From Candidatus Kapaibacterium sp. (lineage in GTDB: Bacteria > Bacteroidota > Ignavibacteria > Palsa-1295): a stretch of DNA of 64,000 nt. The position numbers and the translations under genes were made by a program. Shown here one piece after another: positions 16,911 through 25,561 of the stretch. The first letter of the stretch is position 1. Each line of letters opens with the position of its first letter. The DNA lies in assembly GCA_038210275.1 (NCBI GenBank), contig JBBQWV010000014.1, positions 5,930 to 69,929 on the forward strand, written 5' to 3'. Below the pieces are notes generated by a model, which did no database searches, was not told the origin of the DNA, and saw only the letters and a program-made list of their open reading frames with translations.

Positions 16911-19193
16911 CTACAGCACCCGCAAATTCGCGAACTTCAACATCAGATTCTTTCTACCGTGCTTGGAGAAATCTACTACAGCTTTTGCTTTATCGCCACG
17001 ACCGGAGACTTCGATTATCCTACCTTCGCCGAAAATTTCGTGAGTGACTCTTGCACCTCTGCGCAAGCCGCCGGAAGTTGGTTCGATCTGCGAATAGGCT
17101 TCGGGTGCCTCCTCTTGTGCAAAGGGATTATAGTTGCGCGGCTCTTTTCTTGCAGCAAATGTTCTCCCGTTGATCGTGCTTGAGCCGCTGAACATACTCG
17201 TCGAAAAAATATCCTCTCTTGCCTGAGTATCTTCAGAAGGGCTGCGAAGTTTTGTGCCGTAGCTTGTCGTATGCTCGGTCACGCCTGATTGTGAAATTTC
17301 ACTGATAAATCGCGAAGCCATCGCCGATGTATATTCGCCATACTTCAATCTGTTCTTCGCATACAAAATGTAACACTTCTTCATTGCTCGGGTGATGCCA
17401 ACATACATCAGGCGGCGTTCTTCTTCGATTGAGAAATCATCAAACGAAGTATTCGGATTCGGAAAAAGTCCTTCTTCAAGTCCGGTAAGAAAGACGACGG
17501 GAAATTCCAAGCCCTTCGCAGCATGAAGCGTCATGAGCGTGACGACATTCTTTGTGCCATCTATCTTATCCACATCGCTCATCAGTGAAATTTCTTCTAA
17601 GAATGATTCAACCGTTGCATCTTCATTCTCCTGAAAATATTCGGTGATCGCTGAAAGAAATTCCCGGACGTTCTCGTAGCGCACAAGTGATTCAGGAGTA
17701 TTCTCCGATTTTAATTCCACGAGAATTCCCGTATCATCAATAAGTGAGCGAAGTAATTCGCTTGGCGAAAGCTCACTTCTTAACCGCGAATATTTTGCGA
17801 TGAGCTGCGAAAATTCTTTCAGCTTTGTGGTAGCGCGCTGTTGCAGATTCGGAATGAATTCGGGAGTTGCCATGACATCGAGCATCGTCGCTCCGCGTTC
17901 GCGGGCGAATTGCGCAAGCTTGGTGATCGTCACATCGCCGATGCCGCGGGCAGGGAAGTTGATGACGCGCATTAAAGATTCGCTATCCGACGGATTAACG
18001 ATCAACCGAATATAGGCAAGTGAATCCTTAATTTCTTTTCGCTTATAAAATGCAGTGCCACCGACAATGGTATAGGGAATGCCTTGCCGCCTGAACGCAT
18101 CTTCTATTGCGCGGCTTTGCGCATTAGTACGATAGAGAATTGCGAACTGCGACAGCGTATATTTTTCTTTGCGAATTTCATCTTCGATCGTGCGGACAAC
18201 TGTTGCGCCTTCTTCGCGCTCATCCGAGCATTCCATGATGCGGACAACTTCGCCTTTCGGATTTTTCGTGAACAGCGTTTTCGGGATCTGTCCCGAATTA
18301 TTTTTTATCAGCGCATCGGCAGTTGCAAGGATATTTCCTGTAGAGCGATAATTTTGTTCGAGGCGGAAAAGTTTTGGATTCGGGAAGTCGCGCTCGAAAT
18401 CCAAAATATTTTTTATGTCGGCGCCGCGGAAAGCATAGATCGACTGCGCATCGTCGCCGACGACCGTAAGATTATTATGAAAGCCCGAAAGCATCTTCAC
18501 GATCATATACTGTGCGCGGTTCGTATCCTGATACTCATCGACAAGCACGTAACGGAATTTGCGCTGATAACTTTCGAGCACTTCTTTATGATGCGCCAGA
18601 AGTTCGATCGTCTTGATAAGCAAGTCGTCGAAATCCATTGCATTCGCGGCTTTGAGCTGCTTTATATATTCGGGATACACTTCTGAAACCTTCTCTGCGA
18701 AATAATCGCGTGCAAGATTTGCATACTCATCGGGCGAAATAAGCTGATTTTTTGCGCTTGATATACGGCTGCGGACGGCATTGGGATTGACCTGATCGCG
18801 TGGAATGCGAAGCTGCTCCATGATGCGCTTAATCAGCGAAAGAGAATCGTCGCTATCATAAATGCTGAAGCTTGACGTATAACCAAGCTGCACGGCATGA
18901 CGCCGCAGCATCCTCGCAAAGACGGAATGGAACGTGCCCATCCAAAGTTCGCGGATATATTCATCGCCAAGCATTGCGCCGATACGCTCCTTCATTTCGC
19001 CGGCAGCTTTATTGGTAAAGGTCAGCGCAAGGATCTCCCACGGACGGTTGCCTTGCTCGAGCAAGTAGGCGATGCGCGTCGTCAAAACCCGCGTCTTGCC
19101 CGAACCCGCACCGGCAATGATCATTGTCGGTCCATCGGAGCCGGTAACGGCTTCAAGCTGCGCAGGATTAAGTCCTGTTAAAAGTTTTGACAT
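16911..19193 (-). CDS. pcrA: ATP-dependent DNA helicase PcrA/UvrD/Rep family
   Basis: The N-terminus reads LNPAQLEAVTGSDGPTMIIAGAGSGKTRVLT. UvrD helicase motifs I-VI are present, and the protein is 760 aa. Confidence 0.93.
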   Translation of the reverse strand: MSKLLTGLNPAQLEAVTGSDGPTMIIAGAGSGKTRVLTTRIAYLLEQGNRPWEILALTFTNKAAGEMKERIGAMLGDEYIRELWMGTFHSVFARMLRRHAVQLGYTSSFSIYDSDDSLSLIKRIMEQLRIPRDQVNPNAVRSRISSAKNQLISPDEYANLARDYFAEKVSEVYPEYIKQLKAANAMDFDDLLIKTIELLAHHKEVLESYQRKFRYVLVDEYQDTNRAQYMIVKMLSGFHNNLTVVGDDAQSIYAFRGADIKNILDFERDFPNPKLFRLEQNYRSTGNILATADALIKNNSGQIPKTLFTKNPKGEVVRIMECSDEREEGATVVRTIEDEIRKEKYTLSQFAILYRTNAQSRAIEDAFRRQGIPYTIVGGTAFYKRKEIKDSLAYIRLIVNPSDSESLMRVINFPARGIGDVTITKLAQFARERGATMLDVMATPEFIPNLQQRATTKLKEFSQLIAKYSRLRSELSPSELLRSLIDDTGILVELKSENTPESLVRYENVREFLSAITEYFQENEDATVESFLEEISLMSDVDKIDGTKNVVTLMTLHAAKGLEFPVVFLTGLEEGLFPNPNTSFDDFSIEEERRLMYVGITRAMKKCYILYAKNRLKYGEYTSAMASRFISEISQSGVTEHTTSYGTKLRSPSEDTQAREDIFSTSMFSGSSTINGRTFAARKEPRNYNPFAQEEAPEAYSQIEPTSGGLRRGARVTHEIFGEGRIIEVSGRGDKAKAVVDFSKHGRKNLMLKFANLRVL

Positions 19194-19340
19194 CAGTAAT
19201 TATTGGCACACACATCGAAAATTGAGATTCCCTAACAAACATTGAGATGCGAAAATAACAGAATTATTTTCGGAAGCGGGGAATTCTTAATTATTATGGG
19301 GTAGGGGTATTATTGTAAAGAGACTGCTTTCCAAAAAAAT

Positions 19341-19385
19341 GTCATTGCGAGGAGTCCGCTTGCGGATGACGTGGCAATCTAAAAA
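19341..19385 (+). repeat. Family-1 palindromic repeat unit (GTCATTGCGAGG-hairpin-GGCAATCTAAAAA), left boundary of the 19.3-20.2 kb island
   Basis: It matches the units at 20150-20195 (inverted), 21213-21324, 24014-24126, 29289-29331 and 42597-42639. Confidence 0.7.
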
Positions 19386-19473
19386 TTTTAAGTGTTTAAC
19401 AAATCCAACATTTTAGTTAGCCTCGCCTGCGGAAGTCGCATATTTGCAACAACAAATCACTAAGGAAAACAAG

Positions 19474-19602
19474 ATGAAATGTAGGTATAATTACGGAACA
19501 GTCATTAGGGTATCGCCGGATATTGATAGCTATGGTGTGCAACGACTTATTGACTATGGGAAGTATCTCGAAGAGACTGCCAAAAGCAAAGCAATCTGAT
19601 GT
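19474..19602 (+). CDS. Candidate 42-aa small ORF (MKCRYNYGTVIRVSPDIDSYGVQRLIDYGKYLEETAKSKAI)
   Basis: An AAGGA sits 9 nt upstream of the ATG. It is the only non-overlapping small ORF inside the gene-free island, and no homology is recognisable. Confidence 0.15.
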
Positions 19603-19847
19603 AGATAAACTTGCTAATAAGATCAACGTCACTAATTTTTGTCGGAAGCAAAATACCAAAGCTTAAATTTGGCTGGGTATATTTCCTGAACCTCCTTTTT
19701 ACTAAAATATATATATTTTCTGTGGAGTTTTGTGGTAAAAATCCCTAAGGATTCTAAGAATTACAAATATTTCCAAAATCATCAAAAAAATCTTTGGCAC
19801 TTCCAGCTCAATTTCGCCGATTTTGAAAATAGTTTGGTTTGGGCACC

Positions 19848-19878
19848 TTGACAAAAGCACATTTCGTTCGTATATTTG
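19848..19878 (+). promoter_or_regulatory. Canonical promoter TTGACA-N17-TATATT (also matches Bacteroidetes TAtaTTTG -7 element) facing rightwards with no ORF downstream
   Basis: TTGACA lies at 19848-19853, a 17-nt spacer follows, TATATT lies at 19871-19876, and TATATTTG at 19871-19878. The predicted TSS is near 19884. Confidence 0.35.
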
Positions 19879-20149
19879 CATTACAAACTTCGACAAAGTA
19901 TATTTTTGTATGAGTTTTTGGCATCATGCGTCCTGTATTGATGCTTCTGAAAAGCCCACAACCTAGCCTTCTATTCCTTTTGATATTTTGCTTCGATGGC
20001 ACTTGGAGCGTAATCCTCGCCGATAAATGGAAAAATAATGAAAGAGAGATATGAGGAAACGAGCAATCGTGGGAGGTGTGCTTTTCTAAACTACGATACT
20101 ACGATAAAATCAATGAATCTCAAACCCTGAGATTTACTACTACGATAAC

Positions 20150-20195
20150 TATTTGAGATTGCCACGTCGTCCGCAAGCGGACTCCTCGCAATGAC
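20150..20195 (-). repeat. Family-1 repeat unit in inverted orientation, right boundary of the island; followed by T8
   Basis: The sequence GATTGCCACGTCGTCCGCAAGCGGACTCCTCGCAATGAC is the exact reverse complement of the hairpin variant at 19341-19385. Confidence 0.7.
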
Positions 20196-20204
20196 ACTTT
20201 TTTT

Positions 20205-20236
20205 TACTAACTACTAAACTACTAAACTACTAAACT
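20205..20236. repeat. Tandem 8-bp repeat (CTAAACTA) x4
   Basis: The sequence is ctaactactaaactactaaactactaaactacc. Confidence 0.6.
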
Positions 20237-20351
20237 ACCACCTAATAAACAAATTCGTATCCAGTTTTTCATGATCGGAGAGTGATCCTCAGAAGGGATA
20301 TCGCTGTGATCTGTTCATTGACAATTTAATAAATAAATCAAAAGTCAAAAC

Positions 20352-20396
20352 TTTAAAGTCAAAAAAGGGGTCGCAACCCTTTTGACTTTTTACTTT
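20352..20396. terminator. Long palindromic hairpin (AAAGTCAAAAAAGGGGTCGCAACCCTTTTGACTTTTT) flanked by A- and T-runs; likely bidirectional terminator for the kds-lptC operon
   Basis: A stem of about 14 bp carries a GC core and is flanked by AAAGTCAAAA direct repeats. It lies 190 bp downstream of the lptC-like stop on the minus strand. Confidence 0.5.
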
Positions 20397-20521
20397 TGAG
20401 TTTTGACTTTGTATTGGCAGGCTAAAGCCATGCGGCTACGGGGAAAGCGCACGCAATGTGCCCCTACGAATCTCAGGAATCCTATTAATCTCATAAATCC
20501 CAGTTCAGACAATGTGTATTG

Positions 20522-20545
20522 ACGGACGGACTGAGAGTCCGTCCC
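20522..20545. repeat. Family-2 perfect palindrome GGACGGACTgagAGTCCGTCC
   Basis: It matches the palindromes at 51154-51200 and 52099-52115. The adjacent CTAAAGAC...AACTAACGACTG (20571-20598) matches the repeats in the atp intergenic regions. Confidence 0.6.
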
Positions 20546-20584
20546 ACTGGAGATTATTCTCTTCGTTCTGCTAAAGACCAACAA

Positions 20585-21217
20585 CTAACGACTGCCCGTA
20601 TCCTTCCGTACTACGATCGGAGCTTGCGGCGGCATACTTAGTTGACTATTCGGTGTGGAGAATGTCGGGGCGTTGCTGGAATTTTCGAAGGTGTTTGTGG
20701 GTGCGTCAATGATCGGAAGAAGAATTCTGTAGTTGACGAGATCCTGATCGCTTTCGAAGCCATGCCCGCGAGTGATGCGTCCGGATTTTTCGGAAATTTT
20801 GACAAATGCATCGGAGTGAAGTTTGTGTGTGCCGTTATTCCATAGCAAAGAATCGGTTTGCACAAGCGTCCCCGAATCGCTGAGGACTTTGACACTGTCA
20901 TACGCCGTCATGTTCTTCGTGTTGTCGTCAATATAGGCGCGACGTGAAGTCAGGACGGATGAATGATTACTTTCGCGATCAAAAAAATCCACGCGCACAC
21001 TGGAATCCAACATCGTATAACGCTTCTGCTCAAAAACGCGAACGCCAATAGCATTCATCACGGCACGAATTTTTCCTTCGCTGGAAAATGCCATGCGCGT
21101 ATGAGCGCTTGTCTGCGACGGCATTTCTTCCGTTGATACAAGAGGTGCAGTGCTTGGCTTGACTTCGTTGGTTGCACAGGAAGCGAGGAGGAAGAGGGGT
21201 GTGATAAAAAATGTCAT
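20585..21217 (-). CDS. lptC: LptC-like periplasmic protein (LPS export), lipoprotein-type signal
   Basis: After start correction to MTFFITPLFLLASC, the length (about 210 aa) and position immediately downstream of kdsD match the kdsD-lptC arrangement. The sequence similarity to LptC is weak. The track ORF start at 21346 reads through a family-1 repeat. Confidence 0.5.
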   Translation of the reverse strand: MTFFITPLFLLASCATNEVKPSTAPLVSTEEMPSQTSAHTRMAFSSEGKIRAVMNAIGVRVFEQKRYTMLDSSVRVDFFDRESNHSSVLTSRRAYIDDNTKNMTAYDSVKVLSDSGTLVQTDSLLWNNGTHKLHSDAFVKISEKSGRITRGHGFESDQDLVNYRILLPIIDAPTNTFENSSNAPTFSTPNSQLSMPPQAPIVVRKDTGSR

Positions 21218-21324
21218 TGCGAGAAATCGCGAAGCGACACCGAAGCAATCTAAAAATCCAAAGTTTACCAATACTTTTAAGATTTTAGATTGCCAAGTCG
21301 GGTTAAAGCCCTCCTCGCAATGAC
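21213..21324. repeat. Family-1 composite element: two units in head-to-head inverted orientation (~112 bp, MITE-like) between kdsD and lptC
   Basis: The element reads GTCATTGCGAGAAATCGCGAAGCGACACCGAAGCAATCTAAAAA...TTTTAGATTGCCAAGTCGGGTTAAAGCCCTCCTCGCAATGAC. Confidence 0.75.
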
Positions 21325-21342
21325 ATGTTAATGAATTGTTCT

Positions 21343-22338
21343 TCAATTTATCCCTGCTTTCACGATATCATGCAAATGTATCATTCCGATAACGATGCCG
21401 GCTCCATCCACGACCGGAAGCTGCATGACTTTCGGATTGGTATCTTCCATGAGGTGTAGCGCATCGAAGGCAAGAATATCGGCAGTCGTCGTCTTTGGAG
21501 ATGCTGCCATGAGTTCGGCAGCAGTGACTTTGCGGGTATCTAACTGCTCATGCGATTGAAAAAATCGTCGGAGATCACCATCGGTTACGATGCCCAGAAG
21601 TTCCCCGCTTTCGCCGATCACACATGCTGCACCAAACCGTTTGCCGGAGATTTCCTGCATAATGGAATTCAGTGATGAGTCTTTTTTGATACGCGGAATA
21701 TTGTCGCCGCTTACCATCAGATCGCGAACGTGCATCGTCAACTTTCTTCCAAGCGCTCCGCCGGGATGAAGTTTTGCAAAATCTTCACTGGTAAAATTCC
21801 GTGCTTCCAAGAGCGCAATAGCAAGCGCATCGCCTATAACAAGCTGTGCCGTCGTCGAAGAAGTCGGCGCGAGATCATGGGGGCACGCTTCTTCTTTTAT
21901 GATCGGATAAAGCACTACGCCATTAGATTTCTTCGCAGCATTAGCAAGCCGCGAAGTTGAAGACGAAGTGATCGCAATAATTGGAACGATGGAATTCAAG
22001 AGAGAAGTCAGTTCGTCGGATTCTCCACTTTTCGAAAGTATTATCATCACATCATCTGACGATACTAATCCAATATCGCCATGTGCGGCTTCACTCGGGT
22101 GAAGAAAAATTGCAGGAGTGCCGGTGGAAGTCAACGTGGATGCGGTCTTGCGGGCTATATGTCCGGATTTCCCCATACCGCTGACGATGACTCTACCTTT
22201 GCACGAAAGCAAAATATCACAAGCTTTTGCGAAATCAAGTTCATCGAGTGAGTCAATAGTTTGCTGTAAGGCAAGCGTTTCGACAGCGAAGGTTCGCTTT
22301 GCGGACTTGAGATATGATTCTGAGTTCTTGCTATGCAC
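21343..22338 (-). CDS. kdsD: Arabinose-5-phosphate isomerase (KpsF/GutQ/KdsD; SIS + tandem CBS domains)
   Basis: The SIS motif reads GRVIVSGMGKSGHIARKTASTLTSTGTPAIFLHPSEAAHGDIG. The C-terminus carries a CBS pair (IPRIKKDSSLNSIMQEI...GIVTDGDLRR). Confidence 0.9.
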   Translation of the reverse strand: MHSKNSESYLKSAKRTFAVETLALQQTIDSLDELDFAKACDILLSCKGRVIVSGMGKSGHIARKTASTLTSTGTPAIFLHPSEAAHGDIGLVSSDDVMIILSKSGESDELTSLLNSIVPIIAITSSSTSRLANAAKKSNGVVLYPIIKEEACPHDLAPTSSTTAQLVIGDALAIALLEARNFTSEDFAKLHPGGALGRKLTMHVRDLMVSGDNIPRIKKDSSLNSIMQEISGKRFGAACVIGESGELLGIVTDGDLRRFFQSHEQLDTRKVTAAELMAASPKTTTADILAFDALHLMEDTNPKVMQLPVVDGAGIVIGMIHLHDIVKAGIN

Positions 22339-22340
22339 TG

Positions 22341-23081
22341 TTATTTTCCGAATAGTTTTTGGAATATACTCTTCTTCGGTTTCACGGTTTCAATGATGAT
22401 TCCTGTTGTATCGAATTTGCGATGTGCTTTTTTATCGTATTCAAGCAGCGCTTTGATATATTCGGTATCGGTGAAATCATCAACCATCTCGAAGAACGAA
22501 GCTGGATGACTGATTAGTTTGGCATCGCGAATATGCTTTGTCCTCAAAAGCTCGTCATAAAAGTTGGTAAGCGGAAGAAGTTGGTTGAATCCTGAACTCT
22601 CATGATGCAGCCAAAGCACTTTTTTTGCAACACTAATTGCAAGAATATATTTTAGTGAGCCATTCGTATCTTTGATCGCAATTTCACGAACTTTCTGCGA
22701 TGTTGCGGGGCAAGGATCACCGCTTTTCCAATAGGAATAACACCACAGATTCGTGATCTGCGGCGAATCAGGGATTGGGAAAACTCCGGAAAACTGAACT
22801 TCAAGCTGTCCATCAATATTGTGATCATGAATGCTGATGGCAAGCGGCAAATTATTGATCAAGCATTCTCCATACCCTACAACAGGCGGCATACCGAGTG
22901 TGAGATCGATCGGTGAAATTATTTTATCAATGAGCAGATTTCCTTCGCCCCATCTTCCATCACCGATGACTTGCGAGGTTTTAATAAAATCATGATATGG
23001 TTTGTACGCCGGAATATTTTCCGGAAGAAGCCGAAAAAGTAAATCTAGTTCTTGTGAAGAAAGTGATCGAGGATAGATCAT
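22341..23081 (-). CDS. Uncharacterised 246-aa protein embedded in the KDO operon
   Basis: Its stop is 2 nt from the kdsD start and its start overlaps the kdsA stop, so it is translationally coupled. I recognise no motif; it has no HAD DxDGT signature and so is not KdsC. Confidence 0.7.
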   Translation of the reverse strand: MIYPRSLSSQELDLLFRLLPENIPAYKPYHDFIKTSQVIGDGRWGEGNLLIDKIISPIDLTLGMPPVVGYGECLINNLPLAISIHDHNIDGQLEVQFSGVFPIPDSPQITNLWCYSYWKSGDPCPATSQKVREIAIKDTNGSLKYILAISVAKKVLWLHHESSGFNQLLPLTNFYDELLRTKHIRDAKLISHPASFFEMVDDFTDTEYIKALLEYDKKAHRKFDTTGIIIETVKPKKSIFQKLFGK

Positions 23082-23087
23082 CGAAAA

Positions 23088-23918
23088 TTACTGTTCAGTA
23101 AATCTGAATTGCAAAAGCGAACGGAGCAAAGCTTCAAGTTCACCAAGCGGAAGTTGGGACTGGGCATCGCTCTTAGCTTTCGCCGGATCGGGATGCGTTT
23201 CGATGAAAAGTCCGTCAATGCCGACAGCCATTGCAGCGCGGGCAAGCGGTGCGATGAATTGGCGATTGCCGCCGCTGATTCCATTTTGTGATGGTCGCTG
23301 AACGGAATGCGTAGCATCATAAATGATGGGCGAACCAAATTCCTTCATGATCTCAAGTGAACGAAAATCAACAATAAGATCGCCATAACCAAACGACGTT
23401 CCGCGTTCAGTAAGCAAAATATTATTGTTGTCTTTGCTTGTGACTTTTTCTTTTGCAAATTTCATATCAAATGGCGACATAAACTGTGCTTTCTTGATAT
23501 TGATCACTTTTCCTGTCTCGGCAGCCGCTTCAAGAAGATCGGTTTGCCTGGCAAGAAAAGCAGGTATCTGCAAAACATCACAAACTTCCGCAGCTAATGC
23601 CGCTTCACCTGGAAGATGAATATCTGTTAGGATAGGAAGAGAGAATTCTTTTTTAATATCGGCAAGATACGAAAGAGCTTTTTCGTCGCCGATACTTGAA
23701 ATGCTTGTGCCGCTTGTCCGATTGGCTTTGCGATAGGAAGATTTAAATATAAAATTCACCGGCAATACGCTTTGAATTCTACAAAGTTCAGTTGCAACTT
23801 GCTGAAGCAATTCTTTCGATTCGACCAAGCATGGTCCCGCAATAACAGGAAATGGAACGGCTCCAAAAAAAGAGATGCTTCGGTTGTCCGGCGATATAAT
23901 GGTGACGTTTTCTTTCAT
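23088..23918 (-). CDS. kdsA: 2-dehydro-3-deoxyphosphooctonate aldolase (KDO-8-phosphate synthase)
   Basis: PVIAGPCLVESKELLQQVATEL...ANRTSGTSISSIGDEKAL...TDIH is the KdsA/DAHP-synthase-family core, and the protein is 276 aa. Confidence 0.92.
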   Translation of the reverse strand: MKENVTIISPDNRSISFFGAVPFPVIAGPCLVESKELLQQVATELCRIQSVLPVNFIFKSSYRKANRTSGTSISSIGDEKALSYLADIKKEFSLPILTDIHLPGEAALAAEVCDVLQIPAFLARQTDLLEAAAETGKVINIKKAQFMSPFDMKFAKEKVTSKDNNNILLTERGTSFGYGDLIVDFRSLEIMKEFGSPIIYDATHSVQRPSQNGISGGNRQFIAPLARAAMAVGIDGLFIETHPDPAKAKSDAQSQLPLGELEALLRSLLQFRFTEQ

Positions 23919-24013
23919 TCACTATTGATGGAAAGCCATAGAACAAGTGGTGGGTAGTAAAGATTTGCACAGGGAAAAGAATCCAAATACTCTCATTGTA
24001 AGTATAAAAGAAT

Positions 24014-24126
24014 GTCATCGCGTGTTGGGGCTTTAGCCCGACGTGTAATCTAAAAACTTGAAGATTGGATCATTATTAAAGATTTTAGATCGCCACGTCG
24101 TCCGCAAGCGGACTCCTCGCGATGAC
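24014..24126. repeat. Family-1 composite element (two inverted units, ~113 bp) between kdsA and plsC
   Basis: The element reads GTCATCGCGTGTTGGGGCTTTAGCCCGACGTGTAATCTAAAAACTTGAAGATTGG...TTTTAGATCGCCACGTCGTCCGCAAGCGGACTCCTCGCGATGAC. Confidence 0.75.
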
Positions 24127-24157
24127 ACTATAATAATATCACATTAAATAGAAAAAT

Positions 24158-24868
24158 TCACACGAGCATTTCGCGCACGGCTTCTTCTGTTCTTTGCATC
24201 AGATCAATCTCGCGTTCACGATCATTCTCATATTTATAAGAAGTTTCTAACGGAGCGCCAATCGAAACCGAAATAATTTTATTCGAAGAGGGAAGTTTCG
24301 AAGTTCTTGGCATTAATTCGAATGAGCCTTTGATCGCAATGGGTATAACCTTCGCGCCGCTTTCATACGCCATGTGAAATGCACCGCGTTTGAATGACTG
24401 TAGCTCTCCTGAATCTGTTCGTGTACCTTCAGGAAAGAGAAGAACCGATGCACCGCTTTGAATGATTTCTGTAGCTTTTGCTAAAGTGATTTTCGTTTTA
24501 GATACTTTTGAACGATCAATAATAATCATTGGACTTAGTAGTAGCGCCCAACCCCAGATGGGAATTCGGGTGAGTGTATGTCGCAGAATCAAGCGAACAT
24601 CAGCAGGAATTGCAGCGAAAAGAATTGGAATATCAGTATAGCTTGAGTGATTAGCAACGAAAACGTAATGCTCTTTTTTCAGAATATTTGACGCTCCCTG
24701 CACTTGAAGTTTCACTCCGAAAAGCAGAAGAAAAGATTTGGACCAGATTCGGGCAAGCCATAAATAAGCACTGCCGCTCCTATCAAGAAGAGCGGCAGGG
24801 ATTGAGATAACTGAAAGAACGATCGTTACTATAATAAAGACGATCGTTGCAACAATACTGCGAGTCAC
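24158..24868 (-). CDS. plsC: 1-acyl-sn-glycerol-3-phosphate acyltransferase
   Basis: It has an N-terminal TM helix, the HX4D motif (ANHSSYTD) and FPEGTR. Confidence 0.85.
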   Translation of the reverse strand: MTRSIVATIVFIIVTIVLSVISIPAALLDRSGSAYLWLARIWSKSFLLLFGVKLQVQGASNILKKEHYVFVANHSSYTDIPILFAAIPADVRLILRHTLTRIPIWGWALLLSPMIIIDRSKVSKTKITLAKATEIIQSGASVLLFPEGTRTDSGELQSFKRGAFHMAYESGAKVIPIAIKGSFELMPRTSKLPSSNKIISVSIGAPLETSYKYENDREREIDLMQRTEEAVREMLV

Positions 24869-25477
24869 TTATTTAGCCGCTGAAGCGATTCCCGAATAAT
24901 TAATGCTATTAGCGACAGATTTCGCTTCATCAAGAGTAGCGCCATTTTCCGCTTCGGTGATGACGAAGATACGATCATTCACTACCACGCCGATCGTACC
25001 TTGATTGGAGTTCTTCTTCCAATCAATCCAACCCGGATTGCCATTAAATTTTTCCGAGTGCAATGACTGGTCATTCGTTTCAAGGTTCATGGTCAATAGT
25101 GCTGAATACTTTCCGGATAAACCCGCAATGTTGTTGTAATCAAGTATGGATACCTTGATTTGCTTTTCACCATTTTGGTAGGTTTGATTGGCATGAGAAT
25201 ATTTTGATCCAGCCATTTCCATTTCCATTGTTTCAGGTTCACCTTTCGCGGTATAGCCTGATACGGAAGGAAGAAAACCTGCAAGAGTTTTTGCGGGGAC
25301 TGCAACGCCGGGAGTTTTATTTGCGCCACCACCTGCAGCATTCTGAGCCATTTGCTGCATACTCTTTGACATTTGCTCTGCAGCTTTCTGAGCATCATCT
25401 TCTTTCTTTGAGCAGCCTGAAATAAAGATTATTGCTGCAATTGCAACTGCGAAAATACTGAACTTGGATGTTTTCAT
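24869..25477 (-). CDS. Lipoprotein of unknown function (202 aa)
   Basis: It has a signal peptide and lipobox (IFISGC), and its start is adjacent to the plsC stop. Confidence 0.6.
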   Translation of the reverse strand: MKTSKFSIFAVAIAAIIFISGCSKKEDDAQKAAEQMSKSMQQMAQNAAGGGANKTPGVAVPAKTLAGFLPSVSGYTAKGEPETMEMEMAGSKYSHANQTYQNGEKQIKVSILDYNNIAGLSGKYSALLTMNLETNDQSLHSEKFNGNPGWIDWKKNSNQGTIGVVVNDRIFVITEAENGATLDEAKSVANSINYSGIASAAK

Positions 25478-25561
25478 TGTCGTGATAGATAGTAGTGAAA
25501 ATTGTCGTACGTTTTGATCCTCAAAAATACGATGGAAAATCTTTTGATTCGAGAAAATCGC

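Noticed and set aside
18084-18686. 200-aa ORF on the + strand inside pcrA, plus other antisense ORFs within uvrB, thrS, the 1503-aa gene and others.
   Set aside because: They lie entirely inside, and antisense to, strongly supported conserved genes. They have no start context or homology and are typical shadow ORFs.
20205-20236. Possible CRISPR array (short tandem repeats in the gene-free island).
   Set aside because: It has only four contiguous 8-bp units and no spacers, with no repeats in the 25-40 bp range and no cas genes in the window. It is a simple tandem repeat.
19194-20584. tRNA, tmRNA, retron msr/msd or integrase-associated island in the non-coding region.
   Set aside because: By eye I found no cloverleaf-compatible acceptor/T-arm pairing and no GTTCGAATC-type T-loop. 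No reverse transcriptase or integrase gene is adjacent. I kept it as a candidate sRNA or MITE-like cargo element instead.
20585-21346. Long N-terminal extensions of the lptC-like gene (to 21346), the 28778..29371 gene and the ALDH gene (from 29333) as given in the ORF track.
   Set aside because: The extensions are translated straight through family-1 palindromic repeat units and give MKNNSLTCHCEEGFNPTW..., ...RRAKAQLAMTLYLNTI and MIIGSTLRFNRYQASN.... Internal ATGs directly follow the repeats and begin recognisable signal peptides or domain starts, so I trimmed the starts.
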